DNA of 64,000 nucleotides from Lepidodermella squamata. Its lineage: Eukaryota > Animalia > Gastrotricha. The translations under genes and the position numbers were made by a program. Under the pieces are notes generated by a model that made no database searches, was not told the origin of the DNA, and was given only the letters and a program-made list of their open reading frames with translations. Positions 48,411 to 61,700 of this stretch are shown here, piece by piece; the first letter of the stretch is position 1; each line of letters opens with the position of its first letter. Location of the stretch: assembly GCA_047495785.1 (NCBI GenBank), contig JBLDXI010000032.1, positions 2,108,001-2,172,000 on the forward strand, written 5' to 3'.

Positions 48411-51400
48411 TTATCGACCGTAGCTAGAACCGCCTCTCGTCACCGGAAAAGTCTCACATACAACGACATCCGCACCAGCAGAACAGCTGACATCGTCAAG
48501 ATAGTAAGCCTGTGGAAAGGTCTTGAAAGGCGGGAAAAATCTGTACCACACACAATCGCCATCATTCTGCGGCTCATCAACCGCATCAGTGCCGCCCCAC
48601 TGCCTTTCAGGGTTGATGGGTGCAAAATCCGTGCCATCGATCCAGGTGAAACTTCGCTGCGTGCCCGGAACTCGACGCAAGCCTATCAAGGCAGTAGGTA
48701 CCGTGTAGCTGGAATAGGTGTTTCTCAGCGTGCTTTGCTCCTGAGCTGTTTTTACAGTCGCCAACTGGCCGGAATTTTGCAAGCATACCCGCTGACCTTC
48801 TTCGTAGGAAACTATCTTCTCCTTCAAATCTACGGCAAAGTATGTCTTTGCCGCATTGTTACAGCTGAATTTGTCCGGGTAAAATGTATCAACTGGAATC
48901 TGTGTTTCATCATCAAGGCAAGCTAAAATAAGGAAAAATCAATAAATTAGCATTCAAGTAATCGAAATATACCTGTAGGTCTGCAAAATATTCTCGTTTC
49001 CGTAATTTTGCACCTGACATATCCAGTCTACACACCGATTGATGGAAAATTCCATTGGAAAAACCTAGAAGAAACTACCTGAGGATAGAGATAATTCTCG
49101 CAAACAAGGCCGGGGTTTTTTTCGATGCAATCCGCCAACTCTAGGTAAAGGTCCGTTTGCTTGGAAGGGAGCGCCTTTTTGCGCAGTTTCGCGCAAACTG
49201 TCACCGAACCTTCACAAATCTATTTTAGTCATAGTATGTAAAAATAGTGCTCTGAAAACCTGGGTTAGGGGCTTGGTTTAATCCGCTATTGAAGTTCAAT
49301 TCCGCCCCATCGAGCCATTTTAAACCTCCAGCTGAAAAAGGAGCCATGCCAATCCAGAGCGAAGTTCCAGCAGCGATACTTTGACCAGCTCGGCGCAGTC
49401 TGATCAAGTCAGACGAACTGCGAATAGTTGCCAACTGTCCGCCTCCAGCAGCACAATGTGAGGCTGCATCGGCGAAGCTTCGCGACATTGCAGTGTTCAA
49501 CACAGTGTAGACTCGCTGGACCCGCTCGCAATGATCAATCGTTAAGAAAGACTGCGCCCTCGGCAGTTGCATCTCATTCGACGAGCATTCTTGAAATAAA
49601 TAAATTGGAAATTTAAACTTATATCAGCTGGAGCAACTAACGGCCAGGAGCTAAAACGCATCTGGCAGATCCAGTCGACGTATCGACACATCGGATGACA
49701 CCGAATGTCCGCGCTTGACCCGAAGACGAGGATGAGGATGAAGAGCCTGATGGTGCGGTAGATTTCATTGTCTCACAAAGAGCAGCAGCAAAGAAGTCTT
49801 CCAAAACACAAGGAACGTCGTTCAGGAAATAGTTCGCGCCAGCATCGTAGTATTGCAATCCGCCACAACTGTCCGTAGGGCCTATGAAATCGATAGAATA
49901 AAACATAGGCATCATCTCATGAACATACCGTTAGGCTCCGAGGGACCCCATAGGCCGAAATCAGCGTTGAAAGGCGCTCCATCAAGCCACTCGTATTTGT
50001 CCTGATTTCGCGTAAGACCTAACCAGCCTGGTCTGGGCTGGTGGATGGCATCCGCGAAATTCCGCAATGCCGTTAGATCTTGTCCACTGAGTACTGTAGC
50101 CAACTGACCGCCTCCAGCATAACACATCTGCCAAGCACTTTCGAATGAATTGACAGTGAAGTCTGGAGAGACGTAGTAGAGATCCTTCACCGATGATTCG
50201 CAGTCCGCCTGAGTAGCAAACCCAACACCTAGTGGCATTTGTCTCTCGTTCAATCCCGTGCACCCTGCATTGGTTGGAAATCATGGTAGGATTATCCTAA
50301 TCATCAAAATTACCGTCAGAGGCAGCAGCGCATCTCTTCCATGAGCCGCTACGTGAGTGTACGCATCGCACAAACCCTGTTACCTGGAAAACAATTATTG
50401 ATTTCAGGCCCCTACTCCACAATTTTCTTCAGACATGCACAAACCGGGGGATCGTAAGTTTCACAGATTGTTGCGTTTAAATGTTCTGCTTGGTCACAAG
50501 AATCGTCGTTTAGGTAGACGTCTCTTTCAGTCGAGTCGGTTTCATCGAAAATTGCAAACTGAGTACACTGCTCCCCACTTCCACCTTATCAAAATGATAT
50601 TTTCAAAAAAATTGAAGTGTGCATTATTGTTATTCGCACCGCTCGGCTCACCCGGCCCCCAAAGACCAGGCACATTTTGGAACGCTGAACCGTCGTGCCA
50701 CTTGAATCCGTTACCCGATTTGACGAGACCAAACCAAGCAACGTATGTAAATTGGCCGATCAAACCGTTCGCAAATATGATCTTTTTGACTTGTTCCAAC
50801 TCGGCTGCGTTTTTCACAGTCGCAAGCTGCCCCCCAGCCTGACGGCACCACTCTTTCGCTGTAAACCAGCTTCAATTTCAGCCAGCATCATGACTAAATA
50901 CTTACCTGCTTCGAGATTTTGAATGTAACTATAACCATCATTAATGGCGTAGAATCGTTTCACAGCGCCTTCGCAATCAGCTTTTGTTGCGAACGATCTC
51001 TGAGCTGGTACCTGATCAGTCTCACCACATCCTGTTGTAATAAACACAATTTAGAAAGAACTATGGGTCAAACGCCTTACCTGTAGATTTCGGCTCACAG
51101 CTAACTGCACCGTTCATGTTGTTCACGCACCGAACATGCTCGACATTAAGGTTGGGTTGAGGGATCTATACTCACGCATTGAAGCTAGCCAACGAAGAAG
51201 AAGAATAAGAAACTCTCATACCTCATCACCAAACGTTTCGCAGATCGCACCTCTACCTGAAACGGCTCTGTTTTCAGTATTTGCCATGCCAGCAGGTGTA
51301 TAAATGCCCCAAGCATAGCGGCCAAATGGTTGCAGCGGACTGCCACTTTGCCAAAGAGAGAGCGAGAGCGGCTCCCCATCGACCCAAACGTAAGTATAAC

Positions 51401-54400
51401 CATTATATTTCAATCCAACCCAGCCATTGCCCAGCCCCTCCTTGGCAACCAAATCCCGTACCATTTTGTGCTCGTCCAAGTTCTTGACAGTGGCCAATTG
51501 ACCGTTGGCAGCCAGGCATAAATCGTTCGCTTGATCGTATGTACCCACGGTTTGCCCCGACGGTGGTTTTATGACAAAGTAAGACTTCTTAGCGTTGAGG
51601 CATTCAGATTTTGTGAGGAAGAGACGTTTCCTAGGTATCTGTGAGCTTAGGGAGCTGCCGCAAGCTATACGGAAAAGCATCCGTCAACAAAACATCATAA
51701 AATCAAAGTCACTGAACCATCCGCATTCGCAGGGAAGCAATCCACGGCACCTCTTTCATTAAAATATGTACATCGAATCCAACCAACCTTTTTGGAAGAA
51801 ATAATAAGATTGAGCATCATGTCGGATGAAATAACCTACGAAGTTCATGCATGTTTCATAATTTTTGTTAAAATACAGCGATCGAACAAAAACTGCCATC
51901 TATAAGAGTCAATAAGAAATATCCTCATTTTCTATGGCAAAATTGTTGAATTGCGCTCAGACCTCCGTTTCAGTTTGGACATCGCACGCATCGCCAGTAC
52001 ACCGAAATGTCCCATCGTTTTTGGCGCAATACCTGACTGACTAGTTTAGATGAAAAGCAAGTGGCAAAGCAAGGTCAATTGTTTGAGCTCAAGTCTTACT
52101 CCAAGGGTGCAGTTATCGATGCTACTGTAAACATTTCTGTCGAACTCAATCTGTCATGAGAAGAAAAAGAACATGAGTTTCTAGATTAGATATGGTTTTC
52201 CAATAACTAACAACTCCTGCCCCGCATCCTGTTGTTTTCGAGACGCAGGTTGGATTTCGTTTATCGCGGTCAACGCATCGTACCACGCCGACCTGAAAAT
52301 CGAATGTGGTCAAAAATCATAAAATCGTTATATACTCAAACTTACATTTGCCTTGCAAGCTCTGACAGCCGGATTGTAGTTTTCATCCAGGTCAACGTAA
52401 CTATCATAAACAGCAACCTTGGAAAGAAAGGAATGTAAGAACCGTTATAGGCTTGAAGGGAATCAGCTCAGTTTACCGAAGTAAAGTTGCCCGGGCAGTT
52501 GTAATTTGTTGTTGTCAATCTGTATTCATTGGTAGCTCTGTTGAAGCAGCAGACAGCATTCTGAAAAGGAAACTCTAATAGGCCCAAAGCCCAAACTCAC
52601 TAGAGTAAACAAAGAACGTACCCCTGTCTCACACTGCTCCAAAGTTTGGAAGTATTGGATTGGGGTAGTCGGATCTATAGGGAGAAGCTTTAGAATCGAA
52701 ACATATATTCGTCAAATAACGGTGAAGTTATAGAAATATCTCACGTCGATTGAAGGTCCTTTTTCAGTACCCGCGCAGCCTGGCGAATTCACTCGTTGGC
52801 AACCACTAAAAGTTAGCGTATCAGGGTCAATGCAGCGGGTGAAAGGGGCTGCGAAATCCGAAAGCTTACTCATGAAAGAAGCTTATTTCATTGAAACTTA
52901 CTGCAGTCTGGGACTGAGCAGGCGCTGTTAGTGTTACCGCTGGTGTAACAGTAAACACCACTTTTACGGCCCTCGGGATTGCGACATGCAGCGCCAGAGG
53001 CCAGTATGTCGCCTCTCGGGAAGAGTAAAGGGTTCAGAGAAGACATCGTCCATGATGAGCATGCTTGCGAAGGGCTCGCCTTAGCCATGGAGCCCTCGTA
53101 GTCGTAACCAGTACTAGTAAATTTGCACTCTCTGTTGAGACGCGACGCTCTCTGGCTCCCGCAAGTCGCGTAAACCGCCATGGAAAACCTTATTGCTGTT
53201 GGAACCGCATAAAGCTGCGGATCGTGGTATAGCCTCATCACCGCCCATTGGTTGTTTGTCTCGAGCAAACGACCAGCCTTGACGGTGCTTATGCAGATCC
53301 TGAAAAGGAACATATTTGAGGCTCCGCAGAACTGTCCATGTTAGCGCGTTAATGAGGTTAACAAGACATGAACTGATCTCTTGGAATCTTACCGGCGCTT
53401 AAAGAATAAAGACTTGATTCGAGAGTGTTTCAAAATTGACTATCAAATTGGAATGTAAAAAAATCAGTTTTTTCAGAACTTTGCATTTTGTCGTGATTTT
53501 GAAAATTAATTATACACAGCAATATCAATAGTAACTGATATGCGCTGGAATATTTGATCTATAATCGTCTATAATCTATAATCAACCGGGAGGAATCTGA
53601 TACACGGTCAAGTGAAATTATAGCATGGCTAAACATAGTTAGATCCAATGAGCATACTTGTTTCTGGGCGCGGTGAAGTTTGGCGCTCTGATTTCCAAAT
53701 AACTGAAGCAGCCGTCAACTTGAAAAAAAAACAAAGTGGATTTTCGGTTATTAAGGTATATTTCGAGCTTCTAACTGTTAGCGCCAAGATCTGGAATATT
53801 TTCGAGAGCGAAAATCAAGCCGGTCCCAGAGGTTGACACGTTCCAGAAGCATTCGCCCTTCACGTATTTCGCTGGGATTAAAGATATCCGGCCAGTACTG
53901 CAAGGCCCGATCTGAACCGACCCGCCGCAATTCGGTAAAGTTGACTGGGCGAGGCGCTCGCAGAATACGCCACCGAATCCAGGGGGACACAAACACGAGT
54001 TGCAATTGCTGGGATTTATGTAGCCGCCGTTCTCGCATTCCATGTCTTTGCTCCCACACTTCAAAGCTGAAATAGGAATTTTTCGCATTTATATGATGGG
54101 GATTAATTAAATCTGAAATTAATTTAATGAATTGAAGGTTTTACGACTTTTCAGCAGTGACATTTCGGCAAGTGAGGGTCAAATGAGCAGTGACATTTGA
54201 GCAGCGACATTTGCGCAGTGACGAATCATCAGTGACAAGTCAGCAGTGATTTTTCTTATTTTATCCTAAATTTTTCCAAATTTTTCATTTTATCTCTGTG
54301 ACATTTGCGCAGTGACATTTCAGCGGAGACATTTCATCAGTAGAATTTCAGCCGTATTCAGCACGGGTAATATGCGCTACAATGAAGTTGAGCTCAAAAC

Positions 54401-56773
54401 GTGCAAGTTCAATGCCCGAGATAAATAAATAAAAATTGGTGAAGTATCGCTTGCACATTTGTCGCTGCTGAAATGTCACTGCTCACAAGAATTATTTTAA
54501 TTAATACTAAAAGTTGATTTTTACGGATTTTTTACTGACAAATTGTCACTGATGAAAAGTCACTGCTGATTCGACCCTCATTTGCCCAAGTGTCGGAAAC
54601 GAAGGAGAGGGAGGCAAGGCTTTCATTTAATTCAATTATAAATTATTATAAATTCAATTATAAATTAATTAATTTAATTTTGAAAATTTTGAAATTTTCA
54701 TGCTAAAAAAGCGTAATTGCGCGAAGAAAATAAGCGTTCGATCTACGAGCCGTGTAGCAAGTTCATCTGCGAAGCCTTTGATTTGGACTCGATAGAAGTA
54801 CACGGCCTTTATATCGGCACACGGGGCTCGCTAACCAAAGAAGCGATCCAATTACTTCAAGATTACGGAATCAGCAGCAGTACAGCTGTTGATATGGCCC
54901 ATCAAATCCTTAAGGATAGCATTAGGATCCTGAATAATCATCTTTACTCAAATAGCCAACCTACTCAAAGACGCTAACTAATCAATCAATCAAGCAATTA
55001 ATTCATCAATTAATCTCATCAAATTATAAACTTAATAATTTATAATCCTGTGTCTCAAAGGCAATGTTATAGTTTGTATATAACACAGTATACCAATAAA
55101 AGGTTTTCTCTCTTCTCAGCAGAATTTTCTCAACATTTTCCTCGCGTAATAGGCACCGCTTGGGTTCAAAATAATGGCATAGTGATGCAAAATCTACCTT
55201 TGCATTTGTAGTGGAGATTAATTTTCTGGAAATCAATAAACGATATGAACTGAGTTTGGCCAAGGTTGTATTGCCAGCGAGGCTCAATAGTTTTCAATGT
55301 CGGCTTGTCTGGCGTGCTTTTCCAGAACCAACTCGGGTGCGAGCTCGACTCGGTATCGTAAAACGTGCCGTAGTTGTTGTCGGTACTATCCAAGTTGAAC
55401 AAAGCAGCCGAATCCCTACATTTTTCAATTTTAAAATGTTGTCAACTTTCAACAGAGCTCGAAATTTTATAGGGTATTACGCGGGAACATTGTCCGTTTG
55501 CACCTCGACAAAATTACCTCGATCGGCTCTCACATGCTCGTAATTCTGAAATGATAAAATGATTCAACCGTTAACCACTGAATGCGGTAAGATTTAAGTA
55601 GACTGGTAGTAAATCAACCAGTTCGAGTGAAAATGCATAAAAAATGTGCGCACCAAATTTGAATATTTATTTATTAATAAATTTAATATTTTGTATCCAA
55701 ATTTGCTTGTTGCGGATCCAAATTTCAAAAGTGGGACCAAGCGCAAATTCTAAACAATCATGATTACACCATGCGCCTCAATATTTAAGCGATGATCGGG
55801 TCTTGTTATACAGCGGTTTATGGCAATTTATTTGAATTTCTTAAAATTAAAAAATCCAGGAAAAATATTATTGGGCAAATTAATTATCTAAAAATGTGGT
55901 TCCACTTTAGGTGAAATTTGTTAGAAGTAGGACCCTTTATTCACGAATTAATCTAGCTTCAAAACTTTCAAAAATGTTGATAAAAATAAAACTTTTGAGC
56001 TAGCCTATCCGCATCAAGCTGAAGTCGTAAGCCTTCATTTGGCTAGAAAAATAAAGAAGCTGATAGCACCCTTCGAGAATTCAAAATCTGAAAGAAAAAT
56101 GGTTAGAGACGAGGCATGGTAGTTAATTGTTGATTTGACAAAAAATTCAGAAAATTCGCAAAACCCCACTTTTGACACTTCATGTTTTGGTCCAAGATGA
56201 AAAAAATTGAAACTTGCCAAACCCAGAGCTCGGCCGATCAAGGCAGCAATTTTTGAGACCTCAAAACAATAAAAAGCAAAATTCATTTGGATCACCCGGT
56301 TGCCGGCCAAAATTTACCTGAAGTAAACAGGGCTTTCCAAGGATGATGTAATTCTGAGGGGCTGTTTTGCCAACTTTGGCGAAGCACCTATCACGTTTCA
56401 ATGATTCACTCGAACTTGGGCGAAAAACAGGAAAAATTGTTACTCTTGGCCTATTGTGAATATCGCAACATCGGGCGTTGTAGTGTCGAAGTCAGGCGAC
56501 CACGCGACGGGCAGTGGAACGAAAGTTATGCACGTTGATCGTGACCAAATATCCATCGCCGCTTGGATGTTCGCGACGTAATCGCCTATTTGTTGCGGGG
56601 CAAAATTTAACGCGTTGATCCTAATGAATCAGCTCACCCAATTTCATAGTATCAATAATGTATTTTACAGTTGCGTTTGGCCATAACTCAGCTGATTTCG
56701 GAATTGCTTCTACCTGGCGGCAGAGAAACGCCAAAGCAAGACAGCAGAACGACCAAAATGACCGGTATTTCAT
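48411..56773 (-). CDS. Secreted multidomain protein: inactive astacin + EGF + CUB + kringle + ~9 small Cys modules + 5 C-type lectin domains
   Basis: Signal peptide at 56773; WPNATVKY, TCITF, YEHVRADR, GQTQFISFIDFQKINLHYKC (astacin fold); CENGGYINPSNCNSCLCPPGFGG (EGF); CUB; CRNPEG..YCY (kringle); five GGQLAT..W.GL..W.DG lectin domains; >20 short introns. Confidence 0.88.
54137..54601. mobile_element. MULE-type foldback MITE in astacin-gene intron
   Basis: Starts GGTTTTACGAC; cagtgaca repeats inverted in second half; no TSD found. Confidence 0.7.
54717..55010 (+). mobile_element. 5'-truncated non-LTR retrotransposon (restriction-like endonuclease C-terminus, R2/NeSL group) with (AATC)n tail
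   Basis: EENKRSIYEP...VHGLYIGTRGSL...ILKDSIRILNNHLY resembles the K..Y and GARG motifs ending RLE ORFs; followed by aatc repeats; antisense within an intron. Confidence 0.65.
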
Positions 56774-57349
56774 CACCTCTCGTGGAAATAAATCGAAATT
56801 CAATGATATTGCATGATCATACTAGCTAGTCCTTATTTACGCCACGTACAAATTTCTTAGAATTATTTTTTTCAAACATTTATCGTTTCAATTTTTATTG
56901 GCGCGTGCCAATGTCGAACACTCGTGCGAGACGAAAATTCCCAACCTGGAGGTTTCAGGAGCGTGCCGCGGGAAGAAAATTAATGCGCATTATAAAATGA
57001 CGCGGTATGAAATTAAGAACAACCGCAACACATTACCGCTGACTGCTGACTTCGTTTGGACAGCCTCAAAAACTTCAACAAACCAATGCTGATCGTCTTT
57101 CAATTTGTTTAATCGATTGAACCCATACTGGGGCATTTGGCTGGGTTAACCCGCCGATCGGACCAAATCAAAGTAGTCCCTAATTTGATTGGTACCAGAA
57201 TATGCAGTTTTAAGGCGCATCTCGTCATGTAATTTTTCTTTAGCTAAAGGTCGTCCCACAAACTCGTTTCTTTTTTTTCTCAGGCGTAAGCATAGATAAA
57301 TAATTATTATCCATGCCTTGTATGTAATTTCTGATCAAACATGCAACTG

Positions 57350-57435
57350 AAAAAAATGGCCAACTTTGACGGGGTTCGAACCCCGTCCGCCTGAAGAACA
57401 GGCCAATATAATAGCAACTGCACCATGCTGCCATC
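57350..57435 (-). other. tRNA-like Pol III unit (pseudo-tRNA or SINE head)
   Basis: A box tggtgcagttg, B box ggttcgaacccc in a perfect T-arm-like stem, T7 terminator; no proper acceptor stem or 7-nt anticodon loop. Confidence 0.5.
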
Positions 57436-57610
57436 ACATTTATTTTTTACTCTGAGGAGGCCGAGGCTGCTCGAGCCATTCGTGTTTTCTGGGTCAAATG
57501 CGGGCATGAGTCATAATATTTGACCTAATTGCTGGCAGGCATCGGGGCATTTTTTGCCATAAAGCCTAATTTATAGGTCACACAAATACCGAAATACTAG
57601 GCATCACCTA

Positions 57611-57812
57611 TATATCGCGACTTGCGCGCCAGAACAGAGTGCCGGAAATAGAAACACATGGCGTAATGCATTTGATGCGCAGAAAAAACTGGCGTTCAAC
57701 TTTTTTTCTAGCGATCAGGCACGCGACTGACTTGGCGAAGATGCAAAAAGTTAGTTTTACGCCATTTGTTTCTATTTGCGGCACACTGTTCTGGCGCGCA
57801 AGTCGTGATATA
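57611..57812. mobile_element. ~200-bp MITE with ~55-bp TIRs flanked by TA
   Basis: tatcgcgacttgcgcgccagaacag.gtgccg.aaatagaaac inverted at right end. Confidence 0.8.
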
Positions 57813-58796
57813 GAAGGCAGGACCGGAATTGAGGGCAGAGATTTTAGGGTGAAAAAAATATAAGGCAGAACCATAGACCAATGGTTTAAGGTTCCAGACA
57901 GAGGAACATGCTGATTATTTTTTCGAAATTTTTCCAACTCGAAACCTCCGGTTTTGAACAGCTGGAGGATGATATTTCTTCTCTATAATTCCTGTAAAAT
58001 CAGTAAAAAATCATCGCGCACACTCGCGCCGTCAACAAAGTTGTGGACTGAATAATCTGCCGGTGAAGCTTGGTTATTTTAAAGCGAAATTCCAAGCATA
58101 ATATTGAAAAGGGCCCCCCTTTTACCATAACCAAATTTACGGTGAGCATGAGGGGAAACCTAATTTGCTGTGGCGGAACCAAATTTTGGAATTTTCTAGC
58201 TGGGTCTTAAATCAAATTTCGGATATTTCTTGCGCATCAAGATTGACCACAATAATTCTAAAGAAATCACCAGTAATTAGAGCGTAACATTCTCTATTAT
58301 AAGACAGAGTGTTCAATTCAGAGCTCATGCTTCCCCTAAAATTCGTAGAATTATTCAAAAAAATCTTGGCATATTTGGCCATTGGTGGACCGCAAGATGC
58401 AAATTTGGTTCTGCTAATGTAAATTTGGTCAAGCGCCCGTAAAATTTGTTTCCGCTAAAAAAGATATTCCATAATAAAAATATCCCAACATCGTCAAAAA
58501 TGAACATATGCAACTTAATCCGAGCTACCTCACATGCTTCAGTTTCGATTTTTGCGACAGCATGCGATCATTTTCCCTCTATTTAATTAATTAATTAATT
58601 AATTCTTAATTAATTGAGAATATAGGTATCAAAACAAATACCGTTGAAAACGCGATCGATCTAGTTTTATATCATATAACCCATTTTTAAATGTATCTTC
58701 GCATTAGTTCGCTATCAAAAAGCCATCAAAGAAGACAGCCAATAAATAAATATCATAACCAATGTCATCTGTGTCCCGCGTTCATTTCAGGGCAAT

Positions 58797-61700
58797 TTAT
58801 CGACCGTAGCCAGATCCGCCGCTCACCGTAAAAGTCTCACATGCCACCACATCCGCGCCAGCAGAACAGCTGACATCGTCAAGATAGTAACCCTGTGGGA
58901 AGGTCTTGAAAGGCGGGAAAAATCTGTACCACACACAATCGCCATCATTCTGCGGCTCATCAACCGCATCCGTGCCGCCCCACTGCCTTTCAGGGTTGAT
59001 GGGGGCAAAATCCGTGCCATCGCTCCAAGTGTAACTTCGCTGCGTGCCCGGAACTCGACGCAAGCCTATCATGACAGTAGGATTATTTTTATATGTCGAG
59101 AGGCGGGATAAGGTGATTCTCAGCGCGATTTGCTCCTGCCCTGATTTTACAGTCGCTAGCTGACCGGAATTTTGCAAGCACATCCGTTGGCCTTCTTCGT
59201 AAGACACTATCTTCTCCTTCAAATCTACGACCGAGTATGTTTTTGCCGCATTGATACAGCTGAATTTGTCCGGATAAAATGTATCAACTGGAACCTGTGT
59301 TTCACCATCAAGGCAAGCTAAAATTAAGAAAAATCCATAAATTAGCATTCAAGTATTCGAAATATACCTGTAGGTCTGCAAAATATTCTTGTTTCCGTAA
59401 TTTTGCACCTAACATATCCAGTCTACACACCGCTTCATGGAAAATTCTTTTGGAAAAACCTAGAAGAAACTACCTGAGGATAGAGATAATTTTCACAGAC
59501 AAGGCCGGGGTTTCCCTGGGCGCAATCTGCAAACTCCAGGTAAAGGTCCGTTTGCATGAGAGGAATCGATTTTTTGCGCAGTTTCGCGCAAGCTGTTGCC
59601 GAACCTTTACAAAACTGTTATAGCCATAATATGTAAGAATTATGCTCCAGAAACCTGGGTTAGGGGCTGGATTTAATCCGCTATCAAAGTTCAATGGCGC
59701 CCCATCGAGCCACTTGAAACCTCCAGCTGTATAAGGAGCCATGCCAATCCAGAGCGAAGTTCCAGCAGCGATACTTTGACCTTCTCGGCGCAGTCTCATC
59801 AAGTCAGACGAACTGCGAATAGTTGCCAACTGTCCACCTCCAGCGGCACAATGTGATGCTGCATCGGCGAAGCTTCGCGACATGGCAGTATTCAGCGCAG
59901 TGTAGACCCGCTGCACCCTCTCGCAATGATCGATCGTTACGAAAGCCTGCGCCCTCGGCAGCTGCATCTCAGTTGACGAGCATTCTTAAATAGTCAAATA
60001 AATCATAAATTAAAACTCATTTATGTCGAGGCAACTAACGATCAGGGGCCAAAACGCATCTGGCAGATCCAGTCGAGTTATCGACACATCGAATGGCACC
60101 GATTGATCGAGCTGGACCCGAGGACGAAGATGAGGATGAAGAAGCTGGCGCGGCAGGTTTCATAGTCTCGCAAAGAGCAGTGGAGAAGAAGTTAGGCAAA
60201 ACACAAGGAATGTCGTTCAGGAAATAGTTCGTACCAGCATCGTAGAATTGCAATCCGCCACAATTGTCCGTAGGGCCTATGAAATCGATAAAATAACACA
60301 TCGGCATCATCTCATGCATATACCGTTAGGCTCCGATGGACCCCATAGGCCGAAATCAGCGTTAAAAGGCGCTCCGTCAAGCCACTCGTAGCTGCCCTGA
60401 TTACGCGTAAGGCCTAGCCAGCCTGGCCTGGGCATGTCGATGTTGGCGGCCACGAAATTCCGCAATGCCGTCAGATCTTGTCTACTGAGTACTGTAGCCA
60501 ACTGACCGCCCCCAGCGTAACACATCTGCCAAGCACTTTCGAACGAATTGACCGTAAAATTCTGAGAGACGTAGTAAAGATCCTTCACGGATGATTCGCA
60601 GTCCGCCTGAGTAGCAAACCCAACGCCTAGTGGCATTTGTCTCTCGTTCAATCCCGTGCACCCTGCATTGATCATGACATCAAGCTAGAAGATATATTTA
60701 TACTATACAAATTACCTTCAGTGGCAGCAACGCATTTCTTCCATGAGCCGCTACGTGAGCTCACGCATCGCACAAACCCTGTTACCTGGAAAACAATTAT
60801 TGATTTCAGGCCCCTACTCCACAATTTTCATTAGACATGCACCAACCGGGGGATCGTAAGTTTCACAGATTGCTGCGTTGAAGTGTTCTCCTTGGTCACA
60901 AGAATCGTCGTTCAGGTAGATGTCTCTTTCAGTAGAGTCGGTTTCGTCGAAAGTTACAAACTGAGTACACTGCTCCCCACTTCCCCCTTTTCAAAAGTAT
61001 TGATGTTCTCAAAGAAAGTGAACAATTGTTATTCATACCGTTCGGCTCACCCGGCCCCCAAAGACCAGGCACATCTTGGAACGCTGAACCGTCGTGCCAC
61101 TTGAATCCGCTGCCCGATTTGACGAGGCCAAGCCAAGCAACGTATGAATCTACGCCAATCAAACCGTTCGCGAATATGATCTTTCTGGCTTGTTTCAACT
61201 CAGCTGCGTTTTTCACAGTCGCCAGTTGTCCTCCTGCGTTACGGCACCGCTTTTTCGCTATAAATCAGCTTCAATTTCAGCCAGGAAAATGTTTCATGAC
61301 TATTGATTTACCTGCTTCGAGATTCTGAATGTAATTGAAATCATCATTAACGGCGTAGAATCGTTTCACAGCGCCTTCGCAGGCAGCTTTAGTCGCAAAA
61401 GATCTCTGAGTTGGCACTTGATCAGCGTCACCACATCCTGTTGAAGTAATGCAAACAAAATTTAGAACGCACTGGGTCATACGAATTACCTGTAGTTTTT
61501 GGCACACAGCTAACCGCACCGTTTAGGCTGTTCACGCACCGAACATGCTCGACATTAAGGTCGGGTTGAAGTACCTATACGCATGCACAGGATAAAGATT
61601 GTCAAAAAAAGAAGAAACTCTTACGTCATCACCGAATGTTTCGCAGATCACCCCTCTACCTGACACGGGTTTGCTGCTTTCAGTATTTGCCAAGCCAGCT

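Noticed and set aside
49210-49262. Frameshift/stop in fourth lectin domain of both paralogs
   Set aside because: Resolved by a phase-1 intron using a conserved AAG acceptor 10 nt downstream; frame is intact in both copies.
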